This document shows, one piece after another, positions 56,982 through 64,000 of a stretch of 64,000 bases of DNA. The position numbers and the translations under genes are program-made. The stretch's first letter is position 1. Each line of letters begins with the position of its first letter. The notes under the pieces were generated by a model that saw nothing but the letters and a program-made list of their open reading frames with translations, was not told the DNA's origin and did not search any database. Origin of the DNA: a virus (taxonomy: Duplodnaviria; Caudoviricetes); IMG/VR virus record IMGVR_UViG_2791354790_000006, positions 1 to 64,000 of that record; one strand, 5' to 3'.

Positions 56982-57193
56982 AGATTTTCCATTTTGAAAG
57001 GTTCAGGCTCCCGGACGCTTAACGACAAAGCACCTGATGGGGGTTCCGGGAGCCTGAAATAGAAAAAGGCCGCCAAGCGGCAGCCAACAGTCGATTCAAT
57101 ACCGGGATATTTATCCACGCCCGGCACGTGGTTTCCCTGCTTTCCACAGACAAAGGAAATTGCTAAATTGGTCATTCCACAGACAATTAGGGA

Positions 57194-57610
57194 ATGACCA
57201 TGGATGTAGGATTACTTATCGCGTCCCTTAAAAACGGGATCGGCGCGCTTTCTGCTGTGCAAAGTAACGAGGTCCTGCGCGAGCGCATCGCTTTCATTGG
57301 AGAGCAGATCGACGTACTTCAAAAAGCCCATGCTGCCACCATAGAAGAACTTGCCGAGGCGAAGGCCAAATGCGTAGAACTTGCGAAGGAAGTAGCGGCT
57401 TACCGGGCAAAGGATGAGTTTGTCGAGCACATGGGTGCGGCCTTTAGAAAAAATCCCGCGGGTGGGTATATCAGCGCGGTTTATTGTCCCAACTGTCTTA
57501 AACAAGTCGGAAGCGGGTTCGATGATTTTCCGTACCATTGCGGCTCCTGCGGCTGGACTTCAAGATTTGAAGGAAGGGAGATTGATAACGTAATGAAAAC
57601 CCTCCCTTAA
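57194..57610 (+). CDS. Counter-oriented hypothetical protein, coiled coil plus C4 zinc ribbon (moron)
   Basis: YCPNC...YHCGSCGW; candidate extended -10 TGCTAAATT upstream. Confidence 0.75.
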   Translation: MTMDVGLLIASLKNGIGALSAVQSNEVLRERIAFIGEQIDVLQKAHAATIEELAEAKAKCVELAKEVAAYRAKDEFVEHMGAAFRKNPAGGYISAVYCPNCLKQVGSGFDDFPYHCGSCGWTSRFEGREIDNVMKTLP

Positions 57611-57647
57611 TGTTAAGGCGAGGGTAGCGCCTCGCCGTTACCTCCAG

Positions 57648-57684
57648 AAACGCAAAAGCCCCACGGAGTTAACCGCAGGGCTTG
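57648..57684 (-). terminator. tR'-like terminator
   Basis: Minus strand AAGCCCTGCGG-TTAACT-CCGTGGGGCTTTTGCGTTT. Confidence 0.7.
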
Positions 57685-57736
57685 AATATTTTATTGCTGG
57701 TCGAAACGATTGAACGGATTCCCAGCGTTAGAGCCG

Positions 57737-57765
57737 ATACTAGACGAAAATTCCGTAAACTACAA
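57737..57765 (-). promoter_or_regulatory. pR'-like late promoter
   Basis: TTGTAG-N17-TAGTAT just downstream of Q. Confidence 0.7.
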
Positions 57766-57806
57766 TATCTATTTTCTCTAAAATTTACCTTCCATAGAAA
57801 AAATCA

Positions 57807-58616
57807 CTATTGAGTAACTGATTTCAATGCACTGTCTGCATATCCCTCCTGCCGGTGACACTCTTCTACCAATAATTCGAATAATGGCTGGATGTGGTCA
57901 TAAGCCGTGGTTTTCTTCACATCCCACTCGGTGCGTACACCCTCCAGCACATTAGAGAATTTAAGCCGGGCATAACCTCTGCCTGTGCAGCGCTCACAAA
58001 CTTTCATAACCGGCACGCCCTGCATCTCCGTTTCTTTCTTGTCCAGTACCTTCCCTTTCCCATGGCAGCGACACGCATTGCTGATAACACCTTTTCCGTT
58101 ACAGGCTGAGCATAAAACGCGCGCAGTCTCCCGTACCGACTTCCATTCCTCCCAATAGGACGGGCAAACCCCCTTCGTGATTTTTGCCCATTTAGGCGGT
58201 TTCCCATCCGGGTACTGAACTTTATTTGTGAAAATATCTGCCTCGGTAAAGCCGTCCCCATCGCAACAGTCGCATTTGCGAACGCTTGCCGCACTACGGG
58301 CGTAATCCTGATAAGCAAAAGCGCACAGTATTTCGAGAACTCGTTGGCGTAATCCTTCATCGAGTTCAGTAACTGGTCTGAAATGTCGTGATATCTCAAC
58401 GGCTGAACCATATAGAGCCTCCATTGCCCGCTCCGGGCTGCTGATGCCAATTTTTGCCAGGTAAAGATCGAAACCAAATCCGCACTTAGCATTAACGAGG
58501 CCAAGCGCGGCCATCACATCAGTACCAGTGAGATTGTCTGTAGCTGTTGCCCGCGAGGAGTCACTGAACATCGGGGACTTCGGTGCAAAGTATTTTGCGA
58601 TTGATTCGAGGTTCAT
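57807..58616 (-). CDS. Late antiterminator Q (zinc-finger type)
   Basis: MNLESIAKYFAPKS...LTGTDVMAALG...repeated CxxCxGxG. Confidence 0.9.
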   Translation of the reverse strand: MNLESIAKYFAPKSPMFSDSSRATATDNLTGTDVMAALGLVNAKCGFGFDLYLAKIGISSPERAMEALYGSAVEISRHFRPVTELDEGLRQRVLEILCAFAYQDYARSAASVRKCDCCDGDGFTEADIFTNKVQYPDGKPPKWAKITKGVCPSYWEEWKSVRETARVLCSACNGKGVISNACRCHGKGKVLDKKETEMQGVPVMKVCERCTGRGYARLKFSNVLEGVRTEWDVKKTTAYDHIQPLFELLVEECHRQEGYADSALKSVTQ

Positions 58617-58753
58617 CGTGTTTCTCCAGCATAAGTTTTCACGTAATTCTTCAGTATTCGGTAGTCCGTCAGCACAGAGCCGGGAAAGTGATATAAGCGC
58701 AATCGTTGCCAACGAACGCGGAGGTGATCGGCAAAGTAGGATTCGAATGTCAT
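58613..58753 (-). CDS. ylcG: YlcG-family small protein, 46 aa (not in ORF track)
   Basis: MTFESYFADHLRVRWQRLRLYHFPGSVLTDYRILKNYVK...; ATGA overlaps at both ends. Confidence 0.8.
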   Translation of the reverse strand: MTFESYFADHLRVRWQRLRLYHFPGSVLTDYRILKNYVKTYAGETR

Positions 58754-59358
58754 GCGGCCTCCCTTGCTTTGACGAGTTGTCGCCTCAGCGCGCTGTAATG
58801 CTTTCTGATGGCTTCGAGTTCTTCGATGGTGTATCGGTGCGGGGTGTTATTGTTTTCGAGCGCCTCAACGCGTTCAGCTCCAATTTTCTCTATAAGGCCA
58901 AGGCGGTACTGCTGCTGATTGCCCGACAGCTGAACGTTACAGTGGTGGCACTGTTTACGGATATTGTCTTCGTGATAGCGGAGATGTGACGCTTTCCCAC
59001 GTGAGCGGTAATGCCCGGCTTCCCACTGGACGGTGTCGAACGTCCCACAACTGATGCATGGCAAATCATGGTCACGCTCGCGAATATAGTCATTGACTAC
59101 ACGCTGCGTTAAATCTTCCCAGTGCTTCAGCGGCTTAACCGCAGCTTTACGCTGGCGCCAGGCGGCTCGCTCTTTCTTCTCAGTAGCGCGCTGTTTGGCG
59201 GACTCTTTGCGCTTAGCGTCTTCACGGGCTTTTCTGGTCTGCTCTTTGCCGACAGCGCTGGCGCACTCATAACCGCAGACAGTCTGCGTATCACGCACCG
59301 GGTGAAACCACTGGCGGCATTCTTTGTTGGCGCACTTACGGCGCGGTAGCTTAGCCAT
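58750..59358 (-). CDS. ninG: NinG/Rap recombination endonuclease
   Basis: YIRERD..PCISCG...AGHYRS...NIRKQC..CN. Confidence 0.92.
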   Translation of the reverse strand: MAKLPRRKCANKECRQWFHPVRDTQTVCGYECASAVGKEQTRKAREDAKRKESAKQRATEKKERAAWRQRKAAVKPLKHWEDLTQRVVNDYIRERDHDLPCISCGTFDTVQWEAGHYRSRGKASHLRYHEDNIRKQCHHCNVQLSGNQQQYRLGLIEKIGAERVEALENNNTPHRYTIEELEAIRKHYSALRRQLVKAREAA

Positions 59359-59360
59359 GC

Positions 59361-59570
59361 TCACCCCCACGCCCTGTTTTGCCAGACCTTACTCGGGCAC
59401 GGTGCTTTCTCGCTTTCCGGCAGCTGCACGCTGACAGTCCAGGTGATGTTGTCGCGATTCAGGCTACGTTCTACCGTGGCGCCACGGCGGCGGTAACTGG
59501 CCACCAGTTCGTCGGCCTGCTCGGTTGTGCACTCGTGATGGTGAAACCAGGAATATTTCATCGCCATCAC
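59361..59570 (-). CDS. Conserved nin-region hypothetical protein
   Basis: SWFHH..CTTEQADEL...ERSLN.D pattern. Confidence 0.7.
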   Translation of the reverse strand: MMAMKYSWFHHHECTTEQADELVASYRRRGATVERSLNRDNITWTVSVQLPESEKAPCPSKVWQNRAWG

Positions 59571-60166
59571 CCCGCAAAGCTCATGAGCTGCGATGCGGCG
59601 TTTTCCGCTTCACGCTGGTCTTTAAATGCCCGGGACAATACCCAGCGCCACAGAACATCGAGCGCGGCTTTGTACAGCTGCTGGAACTCGGTTTCGTCCA
59701 TGTTGGCGAAGGCGATACTGCGGGGGTGTTTGCGAAGGGTGCCATCGGGAAGCTGTATGGCGTCGTAGTGGCCAGACTCGATGATCACCCATGCACGGTA
59801 TGCGTCATAGGATTTGCAGATGCTAATGCTACCGGCTCGCTTATCAGCGATACGGTCGAGATATTGCTCGGCAGCATCCAGGAGTGCGGCTTCACTTCCC
59901 GCGAATGAGGCAAGGAATTTGGCGTAGCCGGTTACCAGTTTGCGCTCGTTGGAGGAGATCGCCCCGCCAGTAGGCTCCCAGTATTCGAAACCGAGATTGA
60001 GTAACGCGAAGAAACGGCGATGGAATGCGGGATTCCTCACCTGCCGGAACTCGGCCACCAGCACGGCGCCGAGTTTGATTTTTGATTGCAGAATATCGCT
60101 GGTCTCCGGCGTCGCGGGGATCAGGATTCCTGAGGACTGCTTGATGAGTTGTAATTCGTGCGCCAT
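59567..60166 (-). CDS. DUF1367-family protein
   Basis: RNPAFHRRFFALL...PRSIAFANMDE. Confidence 0.88.
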   Translation of the reverse strand: MAHELQLIKQSSGILIPATPETSDILQSKIKLGAVLVAEFRQVRNPAFHRRFFALLNLGFEYWEPTGGAISSNERKLVTGYAKFLASFAGSEAALLDAAEQYLDRIADKRAGSISICKSYDAYRAWVIIESGHYDAIQLPDGTLRKHPRSIAFANMDETEFQQLYKAALDVLWRWVLSRAFKDQREAENAASQLMSFAG

Positions 60167-60259
60167 GGTTTCTCTCCGTGGCGCATCAAGTTGTCAGTTG
60201 TTCAGGCTGACGCGGGAATTATGGCGGTTTGATTATGGAAAATCAAAGGTCATTTTAAT

Positions 60260-60547
60260 CTAACTATTCACTGCCTCGGGAAGGGGGTGAACCTTTGATC
60301 GCTCAATAAGTTTTCCGATATCATCTTGGCTAACCATCCCATGCGATCCCTCTCCTAACGCTACTGCATAGCTCTTACCTAAGTGATTCATGACATGTAC
60401 TTTTAAAGTTCGCTCTGAGTATTGAGGGGCGTCATCGTGGGCTGGATTAAATACTAAAGACTTAGGTAAAACGAAGCCTGCGTCCGGCGAAGTCCGAACA
60501 ACGTCTCCGTTTCGCCAACATCCAACCAGCAGATAATCAATATTCAT
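60260..60547 (-). CDS. Hypothetical protein (accessory)
   Basis: AAGGCGG RBS-like; isolated 95-aa ORF. Confidence 0.6.
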   Translation of the reverse strand: MNIDYLLVGCWRNGDVVRTSPDAGFVLPKSLVFNPAHDDAPQYSERTLKVHVMNHLGKSYAVALGEGSHGMVSQDDIGKLIERSKVHPLPEAVNS

Positions 60548-60617
60548 ATTTTACCGCCTTAATGATGAATGGTACTTACCAGAGAGCCACATAGAAACTT
60601 GGCTTGATGACATTATA

Positions 60618-60716
60618 TCAGGCAGCGGCTTCGTGTTCTCTACAAAGTTCCGGCAGGTTAGCCCTCACCAGTGCTTCAGCAAACGGCGGCGGGACGGCGT
60701 TACCGCAGCGGGCAAC
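60618..60716 (-). pseudogene. C-terminal relic of a C5-cytosine DNA methyltransferase
   Basis: VARCGNAVPPPFAEALVRANLPELCREHEAAA-stop = motif X; GC-rich, joined abruptly to AT-rich DNA. Confidence 0.8.
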
Positions 60717-60837
60717 CCAATAAGAAACATGCCTATAAAACATTATCATTAATTGCACTTAGATATAGAGCAAACGTAATCATTATAAATTTAAATAAAA
60801 AATGAAGACTACAGTTGATAAATTATTATGCTCTGAG

Positions 60838-61707
60838 TTAACTGCCGAAAAAGCCAGCAGGTAACGCACCTTCTGCACCTGCATCGTTGTATGTATAGTA
60901 CTCTAGAGAATAACGTTTAAATTGACGTTCTAGACTCTTTGTGAACTCCCCCTCGGGGAGAGTGTTTATACTTTCCAAAACAACGCCCTCCATTGAAGAA
61001 AATATCCCTTTTATTCTTTCAACCATTGCAGGTACATTATTTTTCATAACCTGAGCTAATTCACGCCCTCGAAAACTTTCAGGAATGGTTAGCACTATTG
61101 ACAGATTATATTTTATCTCATCATCTAACTCTTCGTCAGTTGAGAGGGCAAAGTGCACACCTGAGCAACAATTAACATAATCATCACTTTTCCACATTTT
61201 TTTCAACAACTTATCCTTGCTGGCAATTCTCCTGTTAAATGCATCTGGAAAAGTAGCCTGGTTAAATCGCCCGCTGATCCAATTAAGAAGGCACTCTAAA
61301 GCCAAGGGACCCCACTTTAACTTCAAATTTGGGGTGCTATTTTTTAAGAGAAACTCTCTTTCTATTTGGGCGAATCCAAGCGAAGAAATCTCCATCCACT
61401 TGACATTATCTTCACCATCAACAAAATATGGCAAACATAATCTGCGAGGGTTTCTGGCATTCTTAAACTCCGAACGTTCGTCACATGGGGTACCTATCAC
61501 TACTTGCACCCAATGTTCTCTTTCGAAGTCCATATCGATCAAAGCACATTCATATAATACCGGAATCAAAACTGCATCTTTCTCGGTATATAATGATGCT
61601 AGTTTTTCAGGTAATGTGGCTAAGAGTGCGGGATGATTAAAGAGACTCACGAATGATCCTCTCATCCATCCCGCCTTGATTAACTCCTCTCGATTTAACC
61701 CTGACAT
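60838..61707 (-). CDS. Uncharacterised 289-aa protein, gene 3 of AT-rich operon (candidate effector)
   Basis: GGAGGG RBS; motifs GWMRGS, YECAL, KNARNPRRL, NWISGRFNQATFPDAFNRR. Confidence 0.8.
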   Translation of the reverse strand: MSGLNREELIKAGWMRGSFVSLFNHPALLATLPEKLASLYTEKDAVLIPVLYECALIDMDFEREHWVQVVIGTPCDERSEFKNARNPRRLCLPYFVDGEDNVKWMEISSLGFAQIEREFLLKNSTPNLKLKWGPLALECLLNWISGRFNQATFPDAFNRRIASKDKLLKKMWKSDDYVNCCSGVHFALSTDEELDDEIKYNLSIVLTIPESFRGRELAQVMKNNVPAMVERIKGIFSSMEGVVLESINTLPEGEFTKSLERQFKRYSLEYYTYNDAGAEGALPAGFFGS

Positions 61708-61729
61708 CCCTTAACCCTCCAATTACTAG

Positions 61730-62925
<1,196 letters not shown>

Positions 62926-63540
62926 CTAGGCCAATCTGGCTCTAACCGAATACCCTTCAATCTGCGCATAAATGTCATAATACGCATCGACCATTTTATT
63001 AAGATCTAATGGTTCTTCATAGAACGCCGTTCTAATCCCCTCATTACCCATTTTCCCAAAAATAAATTTCTTCAGATATGGCGCGTGGCTTATATCCATT
63101 TCCTTATAGAAAGCTTCAAATGCATTTATTCTTGATATGGTTGCATTTTTTATTCTAGTTTCTTTTTTACCATTCCAATTGTAAATCGTTTTTCTTTCCA
63201 CCTTAAGTAACGAAGCCCATTGAGATACGTTAAAGTTGAATCCCTTCTGTAAAGCATTGCTTTTTTCGATGGCACTTGGTTCTTTTTTTACATCAATTTT
63301 CGATGAAGAATTATAGTTTCTTACAATTGGTTTAATTTCAACAGGAGATGCTCCAGTCATTGAACCAACATTTAATAAACTAGATAAAGCGAAAACACCT
63401 AAAAGGGCCTTACCAACGACAGTGCCTAAATTTTTTCGCGCCTCAATAGTATTGTTGGTTGTCTTGTATGATTGCGCAGAACTAGCCGGCAAAAATGGTC
63501 CGGTACCGATTTTTATCCCGCTTGTAACGAAACCAGTCAT
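62926..63540 (-). CDS. HTH-containing protein, gene 2 of AT-rich operon (candidate antitoxin/regulator)
   Basis: AGGAGG RBS; NVSQWASLLKVERKTIYNW Xre-like HTH preceded by a low-complexity/hydrophobic N-terminus. Confidence 0.78.
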   Translation of the reverse strand: MTGFVTSGIKIGTGPFLPASSAQSYKTTNNTIEARKNLGTVVGKALLGVFALSSLLNVGSMTGASPVEIKPIVRNYNSSSKIDVKKEPSAIEKSNALQKGFNFNVSQWASLLKVERKTIYNWNGKKETRIKNATISRINAFEAFYKEMDISHAPYLKKFIFGKMGNEGIRTAFYEEPLDLNKMVDAYYDIYAQIEGYSVRARLA

Positions 63541-63549
63541 ACTAACCTC

Positions 63550-64000
63550 CTATAATACTATGTGTTTGAATATTGCATTAGATGCAACTCTTAACTCATT
63601 GAGTTTATTTGATATAACGTCAAGATTAAACTCTTCCATCCTATCTTCTAAAAAATAAAATGAATCTATATCGACATGTGCTACAACCCCAGCATCAATA
63701 TCAACTGGATTTAATATGTCAGAAGCAAGTTCTGCAAGTTCTGGTGTAATTTTAGGGCCATTGATAACGACACCGCTATTTATACTCAAGAAATATCTTT
63801 TCTCCATATCTTCGTACCTAGAAGAAAGATTGCTTCCTCCCCTATTATAACCATCAATTATAGGCTGTAAGAATTCAGTTCGATTAATACCAAATTCATT
63901 CGATAAGTCAGCTGAATGTGGAAACTTATTTAAAAATCTCATCCCTATAAAAGAAAAATGCGATATGCCCAGAGCTTCCTGAAGAGAAGATAAAAGCTTT
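63550..64000 (-). CDS. TIGR04255-like protein, gene 1 of operon (5' end outside window)
   Basis: Frame open to window edge (KLLSSLQEALGISHFSFIGMRFLNKF); IGMRFLN and VDIDSF...LNELR....IF resemble family motifs. Confidence 0.65.
   Translation of the reverse strand, partial: KLLSSLQEALGISHFSFIGMRFLNKFPHSADLSNEFGINRTEFLQPIIDGYNRGGSNLSSRYEDMEKRYFLSINSGVVINGPKITPELAELASDILNPVDIDAGVVAHVDIDSFYFLEDRMEEFNLDVISNKLNELRVASNAIFKHIVL

Noticed and set aside
57086-57190. tRNA genes in the Q-holin interval
   Set aside because: No convincing cloverleaf or T-loop/CCA pattern seen

Overview
Enterobacterial (Enterobacter/Klebsiella-like) chromosome segment that is almost entirely phage DNA. Two core genes (yebW, pphA) are followed by an att core at the ryeA/sdsR sRNA locus (~986-1013). 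This marks one end of an integrated prophage with lambdoid Q/nin/lysis genes and a contractile-tail morphogenesis module. It is mostly on the minus strand and continues past 64000. A complete 32,304-bp Mu-like transposable prophage (15119-47422, TG...CA ends, 5-bp ACCAT duplication) is nested inside the outer phage's head-tail connector gene, separating its head genes from its tail genes. The Mu-like phage has TGACA-N10-GATC end sites, a Mu-type GGGGGCGA frameshift site, and a ~1.86-kb invertible tail-fibre cassette whose invertase gene has no ATG/GTG start (ATA instead). At the far end an AT-rich, tightly coupled three-gene operon (TIGR04255-like protein, HTH protein, uncharacterised 289-aa protein) sits next to a 32-codon relic of a cytosine methyltransferase. 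It is split by an IS5-family element at the stop codon of gene 2, and is the best candidate for an undescribed defence or toxin-antitoxin-chaperone system. All family assignments come from motif recognition and gene order by eye, not from database searches.
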